A program made the translations under genes and the position numbers. The notes below the pieces were generated by a model. That model did no database searches and was not told the DNA's origin. It saw only the letters and a list, made by a program, of their open reading frames with translations. Source: Octopus bimaculoides (taxonomy: Eukaryota). Taken from it: a stretch of DNA of 64,000 nt. The DNA is taken from positions 51,844,662 through 51,908,661 of the forward strand of contig NC_068981.1 of NCBI RefSeq assembly GCF_001194135.2. The letters run 5' to 3'. Of the stretch, positions 26,650 to 37,529 are shown one piece after another (position 1 is the first letter of the stretch; each line of letters begins with the position of its first letter).

Positions 26650-27760
26650 AACTCGATTTCAAGCATAACCACTTTCTCATAGAAGACGCTTGCCTGTGAG
26701 AGGTTTGATAGAATTTCTACCATTAGCCTTCCGATTTCTTCCTTGATCTGAATTCGTTTTAAATCGTTTGAGCAATGTAACACAATTTGCTCAAGAAACC
26801 ACACCGTCAGCAGTTCTGCTCTTGTACATTAGTCCAAACTGGATTTTCACCCCAGCAGTTAATGAGCACCCATTAGTACTCCGAAGGAGTTCTTTGTTTG
26901 TAAGAATATTATGCTTTTCTCCTAGTATGTGACCGTTCATGGGTGATAAGTCTGGCTTGATACTTCCAGCATCCTCCACGCATGACTTTAATGCAACAGA
27001 GATCACGAATGCCAGGTTTATGCATAATAACAAAGTCAATGATACGACCACTATTTGTTTGACCGGATATTTCCGCACGTAACTTTATGCATGAGTTTTC
27101 GCTGGAACAGTGTACTGTTTATATCAAGACCTTAGTACAGAGCTCCACAGGGCGTAGATTACTATTATTCAAATTACCTATGCCGAAGCGTCCTGAAAGA
27201 GACCGCGTATTGCAGTCGCGACACGCCCTGCCATTGGAGTCACCAGATAAGATGATCTTGTCGACAGTTTGTAAGGAAACAAATGGCATTTCAAGGAGTT
27301 TCGTAGAAAAGGAATGGGTGGAGGACAGCTGAGTAAAGAGCTGGTGCATACAAAGAAAGTTATGAGAGTTTAAGAAGGGTTTAATGATACAGTCGTTTAG
27401 ATTTGATGGCAGTTCATCCACCCTATCAGCTACAATTTTGGGGATCGCAAATCCAACACTGTCCCCGTTTCTTATCTGTCGGGACCGACTCAAAACGAAC
27501 TCTAGATATAACACTTGAATTAGCTGATTTGCCCCGACAATCGTATCTTAGAAAGGACAGCAATATCGGTTATATATCTACCAAGTTTTGCAGCATCAAG
27601 TGCAGTATTGCGTTCAGATTTTCTGGGCGGAGGTTGATCATCCTGCAGGGTTCACGCATTCATGAAATTCATCCACCATTTTGTCCTTCGCCTGTTTATG
27701 TTTCTGCATTTACGTTTTCAGATTTGTTGTTCCCACTGAAAATGAGCAACCGTCAGTCGC
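26650..27760 (-). mobile_element. RTE-clade LINE 5' part (APE endonuclease), decayed
   Basis: Minus translation PPRKSERNTALDAAKLGRYITDIAVLSKIRL...GDSVGFAIPKIV...LPSNLND...VDKIILSGDSNGRACRD...GRFGIGNLNNS...GRIIDFVIM...RDLCCIKVMRG, matching the RTE APE pattern RPERRTAL/DIAALSETR/GVGFAI/DKLIILGDFNAR/LIDY. Confidence 0.88.
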
Positions 27761-28482
27761 AGTAAACAGATCAGATTTTAAACAGGAAATATTTGTAACA
27801 CATTTTCTATTCTCTTCCCAGTAATTTGTTGAGATTACTCTCCTTAAATAAGGATGCTCAATCACAGGTGATTTCACGCAATTTTTCTGTCACAATAGAA
27901 ACAAACGAGTATAAAATAATACCTTCTCGCCTAATGTTCAGGCTTATAGCCGTATGCTTTTACCTCGTCACCCCTCGACAAAAGATTATTTCTCATACTA
28001 CGATGTTGGATAGAATTAGGCATACTGCACTTCATAGAGCTTATAGTGAAATGTGCTTGTACAAACGAATATCACTCTCTATATATCAGTTGATATGTTC
28101 TAATGACAAGAAAATATCAAGATGACTAACGACGCAGCAAATGGCGGTTTTATATTAGAGATTCCTTCTCTTAGCTTCCGTCAACCAAACCAGCATACAA
28201 TGCAGAAAATGTTTTAAAATTACTATTTTCTAAATGGATGTTACTCCAAAACTCTCTCGTTCATCATACTGTGTGTTTTTATGTCCTTGTGCTTTATTAC
28301 TAGATATTCGTTGACTCTGTAGAGGTTTCCTCCTCGTTTTGACGTCTTGTATTTCTCCTACTGTGTTTCAACCTACTGAAAGACAGTGAATCGGTTAAGT
28401 CGACATTGACCAGAACGTGAGTACATATTGTACTGAGCTACATGTTGCATGTTATCTAAAATTTTGAATTGAGCCTGAAATA

Positions 28483-28686
28483 CGAAGGGTGCTGAAAAGT
28501 TCATGGCTTTAAGGGTGTCGCGAAAGACCTGGCTGGAGGCCCAGGCTTCTGAGTTCTTTTGCAGGGATTAAAAAAAAAACTGAAGGACCGCTGCAATAAG
28601 AGGGGAAAATGTTGAATGAAACCATTATTATCTGACCCTCCTGTACTATTTTTCACCCAAAGCCGGGAACTTTTCAGCACTCTACG
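28483..28686. mobile_element. Mariner-derived MITE (~200 bp)
   Basis: TIRs cgaagggtgctgaaaagttcatggcttt and aaagccgggaacttttcagcactctacg; left TA present; internal LKDRCNK..RG remnant of the transposase C-terminus. Confidence 0.8.
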
Positions 28687-29094
28687 CATGTGTGTATTGC
28701 GCGCGCGCACGTGTGTGTGTGTAGTGAACGTGGAATAAGTGTTTTTCTCGGGTGAAATAAGTGTTTCCTCCTCCACCCACTCCAGTTACATGGAAACATA
28801 ACTTGGAGAAACATAGTTTATTTCAATAAATTCGCCATTACGTTACTCAACTGCTACGCTTACAATGTGAAAAGGAAATACATAACTCGTAGAAATATAA
28901 AGAAAATATGCATAGATGTGTGCGTGTGTGTATATGTGTGGGTGGGTGTGCGCGCGCGCGTGCCAATATTTATGTATATGTTTGTGTTTTATGCATGTAT
29001 TTGTGCGTTTATATATACTTTACCGAAATATATTTATATAACTACATATATATTATAAATATACATCTATGTAATTATATATATTCTTTTACTA

Positions 29095-29507
29095 TTTCAG
29101 TCATTTGATTGTGGCCATGCTTGAGCAAAGCTTTAAAGGGTTTTAGTAGAAGAAATCGATCCCAGGACTTATTCTTTATAAGCTTAGTGCATATTCTATC
29201 GGTCCATTTTGCAGAACCGCAAATTTACGCGGACATAAGCACACCCACGTCAATTGTCAAGCAACGGTGGGCAGACAAATACAATGACACACACACATGA
29301 ATATATGCATATATATATAGATACGACAGGCTTCTTTCAGTTTCCACTCACATCCACTCATATCCACTCACAAGGCTTTGGTCGGCCCGGAGCTGAAGTA
29401 GAAGACACTTGCTGAAGTAGAAGACACTTGCTGAAGGTGCCACGCAGTGGGATTGAATCGAAACCATGTGATCGGGAAGGAAGCTTCTTACCACGCAGTC
29501 ACGCCTA
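29095..29507 (-). mobile_element. tRNA-derived SINE (family B)
   Basis: Reverse complement of the 20622 element: ggaagcttcttaccacgcagtcacgcc head, agaagacacttg core, ggcttctttcagtttcc. Confidence 0.88.
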
Positions 29508-30038
29508 TATGTATATGCATATATATATATATATATATATANNNNNNNNNNNNNNNNNNNNNNNNNNNNNNNNNNNNNNNNNNNNNNNNNNNNNNNNNNN
29601 NNNNNNNNNNNNNNNNNNNNNNNNNNNNNNNNNNNNNNNNNNNNNNNNNNNNNNNNNNNNNNNNNNNNNNNNNNNNNNNNNNNNNNNNNNNNNNNNNNNN
29701 NNNNNNNNNNNNNNNNNNNNNNNNNNNNNNNNNNNNNNNNNNNNNNNNNNNNNNNNNNNNNNNNNNNNNNNNNNNNNNNNNNNNNNNNNNNNNNNNNNNN
29801 NNNNNNNNNNNNNNNNNNNNNNNNNNNNNNNNNNNNNNNNNNNNNNNNNNNNNNNNNNNNNNNNNNNNNNNNNNNNNNNNNNNNNNNNNNNNNNNNNNNN
29901 NNNNNNNNNNNNNNNNNNNNNNNNNNNNNNNNNNNNNNNNNNNNNNNNNNNNNNNNNNNNNNNNNNNNNNNNNNNNNNNNNNNNNNNNNNNNNNNNNNNN
30001 NNNNNNNNNNNNNNNNNNNNNNNNNNNNNNNNNNNNNN

Positions 30039-30089
<51 letters not shown>

Positions 30090-30679
30090 TAGATAGATAT
30101 ATAGATATATGTGTGGATGTGTGGGTGTATGTATGTATGTATGTATATATATAGCACTTCAGTATAGTGCATGTGATAGAATCCATTATTCTATAAACAG
30201 TAATGTTTTCTATGTTAGCTCAGTGTAATGTTTGTGGCAACACAGTTTCCCATTCTACTGAAAGTATAATTTAATCTATGTGACAGTATATTTTACTCTT
30301 AATGTATGTATTCTTATTGTATATGCGTATAGTTTACTGTGTGTTGTTAGGTAATCTACTTTGTAGCTTAAATCTTGAGACTGAAAGAGTGTTTCACATC
30401 AAATATGCATTTGTCTGTATCTGCTCTTTGATGAGACGTTAATTTCACTTACATTCTTGTGTGTATCTGAAATGACATTGACGTTTTGCCAAAACTTCAG
30501 TCACTGCACCAATTTACTAACAGAATTACTCTGGTTGCAATGAACAGAATTAAATTCCCACGGAAACTAAGTTGGAAATTATTCTCTCTAAATTATAGTC
30601 GAATCTTTTCTGCCAAAAGTAGTTACTATTATATTACAAAGACTTATTTTGAGACAAATATAAATTTGTTCTCATTCAG

Positions 30680-30717
30680 AATTGTTACGGGGGCAGTCGT
30701 TGGCCAAGTGGATATTG
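30680..30717 (+). CDS. Candidate 38-nt coding exon (NCYGGSRWPSGY or IVTGAVVGQVDI)
   Basis: tttgttctcattcag| acceptor, TTG|GTAATG donor, locally GC-richer; phase 0 would follow 22060-22160. Confidence 0.3.
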
Positions 30718-30939
30718 GTAATGCCTGTCAGCCTGCGCTTTGACTTTGATAAACGCACTTTTCGAGGACCAAAGCTATCTTGTGTTTATAATAAGCATAT
30801 TGGAATGTTAAAGCACATTTCCTTTGTGGAAACAATGTGATTGATGAATATTTAGGATGTTTCATTAGCTTGTGGTAGTGAGCTTAAATTGATGAGTCAA
30901 AACTACGTACTATTAGAGTTGCTCTTATTTATTTCCCGG

Positions 30940-31085
30940 TCATCACATGCTGTTTTCTATGCTTCAGGTAATACGGAACTATCTATGGTTCCCATATTGT
31001 TTTTAAGATGATAGCTGTAATTTGAAGGAGATTTGACTGCTATTTCTAGAATGGTGAACTTCCATGTAGAAACTCCATAGCGGAA
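30940..31085. repeat. Short dispersed repeat with core ctagaaatagcagccaaatctcc; other decayed copies near 10730, 23180, 57550, 58535
   Basis: ttgaaggagatttgactgctatttctagaa here; gaaggtgatttagctggtatttctagaa at ~23181; gaaatagcagccaaat at ~10734; aaaatagcggtaaaatctcc at ~58550. Confidence 0.55.
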
Positions 31086-31639
31086 TGAATTATTGGAGTG
31101 CATCAAAATAATTTATAATTCTGAATTGATGGAGGAATTCGCAGGGGTGATAACACAGTAACCTCTACTCATCACTATTCTCAATGTTATCTCGAAATGA
31201 CTTCAAAGTGATGAGAAATGTGTGTATGCATGCATGTATTTTTGTATGTATGCACGTATGTATGTATGTATGTATGCGCGTAAATATGCATATATAATGT
31301 ATGCATAGATGTTTGTTTACAGAAGTTGTTCGAGGGACGAAACCTAAATGCATCTATGTCGTTGGGTGTGTGTGCTTATTTTATTTGTGGAGGCGCGTTT
31401 ATGAGTTGTGTATATGGGGGTTGTGTTACGTATGGGTGTGTATGTGTATGAGTGTTATATGTATGTGTGTATGAGTGTGTTTATATGTATATGTGTTAAG
31501 AGTATGCTTGTTGGAGCGCACGCGCAAGTCTATGTGTGAGCGTGATGGCTTTCTATATGTGTCTGCTGTTTTTGTTTGTTTTAGAATGTTCTTGCTTTAC
31601 AATATGCGTATGTGTTGCCGAGTTGCATGCTTCAGAGGA

Positions 31640-32230
31640 ACTTTGTGTATCGATGCAGCTGAAAAGTGCAGCTAAAAGACCGGGTAGATGTAGTAAAGGA
31701 GGATAAAGTAGAGGAGCAGGGTGTGAAGGTGAAGTAACAGAACATTGAATTACGGACATAGCGGACGTGTTTAAAGGGTATGTGTGGTAAATTGAGGAAA
31801 AGTAAGGAAGAGATAGAATCAGATTGGGGAAGGTGGAAGACCCGTAGGATAATGGAGTAAAGGGATGATGTGGAGGAATGGTAAGTAAAGTAAAAAGGGA
31901 CAGACGAGGAATAAGAAACAATAAGTATAGTCGACTTCACACACACGAATTAGGATGGCTTACACTAGAGTGTAGTGTGTTCACATCGAGTAATGAACCA
32001 GAACGTATGCTGAGACTAACTCTCGAAGTTCTTGTAAAAACTACAAAAGCGGTGAGTATTGGAAGTAGGGTTGATTGTGTGTTAGTATAGATACTTGAGA
32101 AGTGGTTTATAAAAACTGGAGATAGCAAGGATGAGGTTAAGTGGTCGATTAAGAGAGAGATGTCAATGGACTTAACGAAGTTGTTAGGGACGAAAGATCT
32201 TAGTTTTAAGAGAGGAATGGGAAATGTTAT
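31640..32230 (-). mobile_element. Possible decayed L1/Tx1-like APE fragment
   Basis: Strong strand-asymmetric purine richness; weak resemblance to APE motifs (SIYTN...GSLLDVN, EVDY). Not securely assigned. Confidence 0.25.
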
Positions 32231-32877
32231 ACGACGGGTTCTGCGTTAAATTTTCATCGTTCGATCGCTATTCATCTTGACAAATGTATGATATTATATT
32301 ATATTATATTATATTATATTATCTTCAGGATATTTGGAGAATATCTAGTTGCAAATTCTAGCATATTGCGCAACCACATGAAACCTACTCCGATGACAGG
32401 TGATATAAATTATTACTTATGCATTTATTTAGAGTAATCGATCAAGGCCAAAAGCTCATTATCGATGACACATTTTGCAGGCCATTTACATCTCAACTAC
32501 TGAAAATGGAACTTGTGTAACACTGGAGATATCACTGACCAAAACACTTAGCAACAAAAAGAAATTAATGGTATAAAATATAGACTCGTCTTTTTCAGTG
32601 AAGTCATGGAAGAAGTTTTGCACTTATATATTGTTAAATGCAGTGTAGAGATAGGTATAGTGATCAGCAAGTTTATTATGTATGCAGAGGGAAGTTGAAA
32701 GCAAAACAAGATGAGATTAAGTTGGGTTTATTTTTATAAGTGTCATTTACAGTCATTTTAGTCAAAGAGTGTGGGGGAATTCCATGAAGTTGATATAAAG
32801 ATTATTATACAGAAGTATAAGAAAACGCAATGAAAATTTGTAAGACGAGATTGAGTGCAAACCATAAATATATTTAC

Positions 32878-32990
32878 GGCCTAGTGTTTAGGGTGTCACT
32901 CACATGATCACTAGATCGTAGGTTCGATTCCCGGAACGGGTGGTTTGTTGTGTTCTTGAGCAAAACACTTCATTTCATGTTACCCTGCGG
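32878..32990 (+). mobile_element. tRNA-derived SINE (family C) head
   Basis: A-box ggcctagtgtttagg, B-box ggttcgattcc (32921-32931), then ttgtgttcttgagcaaaacacttc shared with 40046. Confidence 0.75.
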
Positions 32991-33663
32991 GTGAAAGTGT
33001 GGTAGAATCATTGTCATGTTGGCAGAAATGCATTACAATACATCTTCCGGCTTACTGTATTCTGATTTTTCAAATCCTCACCTATCTGGAGAAAGCAACG
33101 GTAAACTACTTCAGTATTCATCCTAAGTCTATTCATGGTGGCCAAAGTTCCAGTAATCTACTAAACGGCGGGAGAGGAGGGTACAAGGTCTCCAAGTCGT
33201 ATAGAGAGTGCTGGAGAAGGTTCACATGCTCAAGACCTATTCAAGGGAAGACCATCACTAGACATAATGAAAGTCACATTTTAAAACTTGCAGTGGCAAG
33301 TAAGTGCCTCAGTTGGGGATGATGGCTGACTTCTACGCATTAGAGGCGGTGTTCATTTGTATGAATTTGGCGGTTGTGTGTGAGATGTAGAGAGATATCG
33401 CATCATTCACTGGCTAAGAATTCTGCACGAAGTAGAGGTGAACGTTCGTTGTGCAAACGTTTTCTCTAGTACTCAGAGACAACCAGCTGCAATGCACAGA
33501 AAAGGGTTGTCTAAAGTAGGTATTATCATCGAAAATCATGCTTTCGGAATTTTTCATTCCTTACTGCAAGTAAAGTTACTGTAATTCTTAGTTGCTTACA
33601 AGGTTTTATGAATAATCTTCCGGTAATGCAGTCTACCACTTGTTTATTTGGGTTCTCTATTAT

Positions 33664-33764
<101 letters not shown>

Positions 33765-33799
33765 AGCTGTATCCTCGTTACACGAGAAAAGCCATTGCC

Positions 33800-34293
33800 A
33801 AGAAGACTTACTGAAATGATTCATGATTGTTGTCATGTGATGCCCTTATATGACTTTTAAGCCCGGCCATGCTTTTACACATTTTATTACATACTAGACA
33901 GCTGTGCTGGCTGGCAGGAGAAACAGGCGCCACCATATGCACTCTCTCAACATGTCTTTTTAGACCAACTGAGAAGCACACCCTTCCACATTTTACACAC
34001 GTTCTGTTATGAATTTTAATAGCCACTTCATTGTTTATCATGGGTCGATATTTATGAGAATTTTTATGGTTCACCAGGCCTGCACGACTCAAACACCTCC
34101 GCCCACAAACCACACACATAATAAGCAACACTCTCCCACTTTCCACAGGTTTCCCCTTCTAAGCTCCCTCCTAATTCTGTCATACTTCAATCTCTCCCTC
34201 TCAAACTTTGAGCAACCATCATGCACTATCTTCCTTCATCCATCACTATCCTCCATCCATGCACTATCTTCTTCCATCTATCACTACGCCCAC
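33800..34293 (-). mobile_element. RTE-clade LINE 3' end encoding three C2H2-type fingers
   Basis: DRWKKIVH/DGCSKFERERLKYDRIRRELRRG (RTE post-RT motif), then after a frameshift CVVCGRRCLSRAGLVNHKNSH, CVKCGRVCFSVGLKRHVERVH, CLVCNKMCKSMAGLKSHIRASH. Confidence 0.75.
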
Positions 34294-34365
34294 GGGCATA
34301 TGGGGTAGTGGTTAAGAGCGCGGGCTACTAACCCCAAGATTCTGAGTTCTATTCCAAGCAGTCAT

Positions 34366-34426
<61 letters not shown>

Positions 34427-34622
34427 GCAACAACAACAACACCGAAAATTACTTTAGGAATGAGAACACAGGTTCGAAATTCTCCCAAGACACCTGATGA
34501 AGGTTGGAGGGTATATCAGCCGAAACGTTGTGTTAACAACAAACAAGATGAGCACAAATATCCGTCTAAAGTAGATAATGTAAATAATGTACATAATTCC
34601 TCATCTCTTAAATATAGAACTG
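34294..34622 (+). mobile_element. tRNA-headed SINE (family D) with internal (AAT)n and PLE-like tail
   Basis: A-box ggggtagtggttaag, B-box-like gagttctattcc (~34344-34355), (AAT)n/(CAA)n 34369-34440, tail gacacctgatgaagg...cagccgaaacgttgtg. Confidence 0.8.
34489..34534 (+). ncRNA. Minimal type I hammerhead ribozyme motif (PLE-type, dimer-dependent)
   Basis: Stem I GACAC(34489-93)/GTGTT(34530-34); CTGATGA 34494-34500 plus an extra A; stem II GGTTG/CAGCC; GAAA 34522-25; loopless palindromic ACGT stem III; predicted cleavage after GUU at 34529. Confidence 0.6.
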
Positions 34623-34802
34623 AAGGTAGAAAATGCTAAAACAATTTTACCATGAAGGACATTTTAGTAAAGGTTATAGTCTTTGCGACTTTTTCAACTT
34701 GGAGTAAAGCATGAAAAACAATTAAATTGTGGAAAAATTAAATATAATGTTTTTTTTTTAAATATTTCCATAGTTTTCAAATGTAAGGGACATTTTCCTT
34801 TT

Positions 34803-34879
34803 TTCTGTCTGTCTGTCTGTCTGTCTCTTTTTTTCTCGTATATATTCATTGATTGAATGATTGATTGATTGATTAATTA

Positions 34880-34922
<43 letters not shown>

Positions 34923-35067
34923 CACAGAAAAATAGATGAGCTGACAGACAGACAAACAGATACATAAATAGAAAGAGATACAGACATACAGAAAGACAGA
35001 CAGACAGACAGACAGGCAGGCAGACACACACAGAATAGACAGACAGGCAGGCAGGCAGGCAGGCAGG

Positions 35068-35140
<73 letters not shown>
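34803..35140. repeat. Compound tetranucleotide block (CTGT)(ATTG)(ACAG)(GGCA)(AGAT)
   Basis: Directly visible. Confidence 0.93.
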
Positions 35141-35141
<1 letters not shown>

Positions 35142-35688
35142 TAGCTTGTATTTTCACACGTATTGTATGAGCCTATTCGTGAAAGCGTGGTTATATAAAT
35201 GTGCATTTACGTTTGTGTATATACCTGTGTATGTACAGGAAATTGAATGTGAAGTAGTTATATTGCTTCACTGTTAATGATAAACATTTTCTAAATGGAA
35301 TCCATCATACTTCTATACAATATCAATGAGGTTATTGCAACGGATCAGATTTAAAGATAACGAGAAACAGCCCTAAATTCATTCCCGCAGTTCCTCTTAC
35401 ACGATCTAAACAATTCCTCTCTTTACAAAGTTATTTGATTGTGTTGATATATAAATGAGTTTAATGATATTTGTATTTGATCGAATATCCACTTTCTTTG
35501 TATTTGTACACAATGACAATTGTCAACCAAATTGAATTTTGTTGATAGAAACACTTGCATGGTTGCATGTTTAAAATAATTTCTGCATATAGGCATGCAT
35601 ATATATATATATATATAAAACATTCTAAGTTATATATTATATTATTATATACACATATATATACTATGATATGTATGTTTGTGTGTAC

Positions 35689-35722
<34 letters not shown>

Positions 35723-35960
35723 GTAAGTATATACATGTTACACATATTGCCCTTTGATAGCGTTTTGTGTGTGTATGTGCTTCCATGGTTTTCGATGTGT
35801 GACTCGTTATGATCTAATCCCTATATACGAAAATTACCTAAATGTAAGAATATATGTACGTTTGCCTGCTTTGATTCACATCCATGTAAATAGCTTTTCA
35901 GCACATAAACGATTATATTTTCGTCATACACTCTCACGAACAAACACGCACACACAGAGT

Positions 35961-35994
<34 letters not shown>

Positions 35995-36578
35995 CATAGT
36001 AACATATAAATATATATATATATATATATGTGTGTGTATGTGTGTGTGTGTGTGTATGTATGTATATATGTATGTATGTATACACACATGCATACAGATA
36101 TCCTTTGATCGCATCCCTTGCATGCATGTGTTTGTGTGGTTTTTGGTGTGTGGTTTCTTATAATTTGATCCCGATGCACGAAAATTACTAGCATGTATGG
36201 ATATGTGTATGTTTGCTTGCTTTGATTTACATCTGTACAAATAGCTTTTCAATAGATAAACAAGTATAGTTTTTGTCACACATCCACCAACACACCATAC
36301 CTACACACACATACACATATACAGACACATATCTATATATGTGAATATGTGTGTAGATGTAAAACCATTGTAGATTGTTGAAGCATTGCACGATATATAG
36401 AATATCAGTGTGCTATGGTGCTATGGAAGGCGATAACAATACAGATAGAACATAAAATATCAAAACTATCAATAACAAAGATACTGAATTGTTACCTTAA
36501 CTAATATTTAATTAGTCCTGACATTTAGAGTTAAAAACTTCAATACAAAGGCTTTAAAGAAGAAGATACACAAATGCA

Positions 36579-36706
<128 letters not shown>

Positions 36707-37529
36707 TATAATGTGTCCATTCTGTTGGCGCTTTTGATATTCGAATAACCACGCGTGTGTAGGTGTGAAAATTTGGAGATTTAGATTTTGTTCTATAGTA
36801 TAGGTTCAAGTATTGTGAATTATAGTATTCATAGTATCTATTGGCACTCGTTCAAATCAACCCGAATGTTAATTGTTTACTTGTGTTTCATGATTAGTAT
36901 AGCTTCTTTTATCCGCAAGTTACCGATATTATTGTTTTACTGGTAACTGCCTTCCCCTTGTTAATGTTCTTGTAGATGCTTTTGAACGATGATGCGTTTG
37001 AGATGGGATGGCTTCTGATTTCGAATCAAAGAGTTGAGTTCTAGCAGGTCCAAAGCAATTAGTATCGCTCTTTTTTCACATCTGATGTCATTATTTTGGA
37101 GGATACATATGTTTCATGATCCAATTCTCAACAATTTATCTTCCTTTTTTGTCCGCGTAGGCAGTATCCCTTCTCGCCGCAATAAGCCAGTCAGAGCTAA
37201 ACATAGTTGGCTTTGTTTAGAGCACTTTTACTTATACCTTCCCTGCATGAAGTAAGCAGTGCTATCTCATAGAGATAATTTAGTTACTACGCCATCCAGG
37301 CAGGGGAGCGTACAAATTGTATTAACAGCTCCTAGTTTATGTAACCCTCTTTCCACCACATTGTTCTATCCTCGTGAGAATTTATCAAGAATGGAGAGAA
37401 GAGACAAAGAGACAAATTGAAAGAAGAATAATAGGCTAGTGCTAGATTTATAATGTAAGAGAGATGTGCTCACATCTAAACCCACTTCTTCGTTCTTACA
37501 CAATATCTTACACATTTGCTTCTAGTGCA

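Noticed and set aside
32878-32945. tRNA gene (also considered for 34294-34360 and other SINE heads)
   Set aside because: A/B boxes are present, but I could not fold a complete cloverleaf and the heads run into SINE bodies.
33000-33500. 106-aa plus ORF or Tx1-like fragment (GRLCVRC)
   Set aside because: Only a faint CxxC resemblance across frameshifts; not enough to assign.
33808-34146. Host Kruppel-type C2H2 zinc-finger gene
   Set aside because: No TGEKP linkers, no acceptor site, and it directly follows an RTE post-RT motif; kept as an RTE tail instead.
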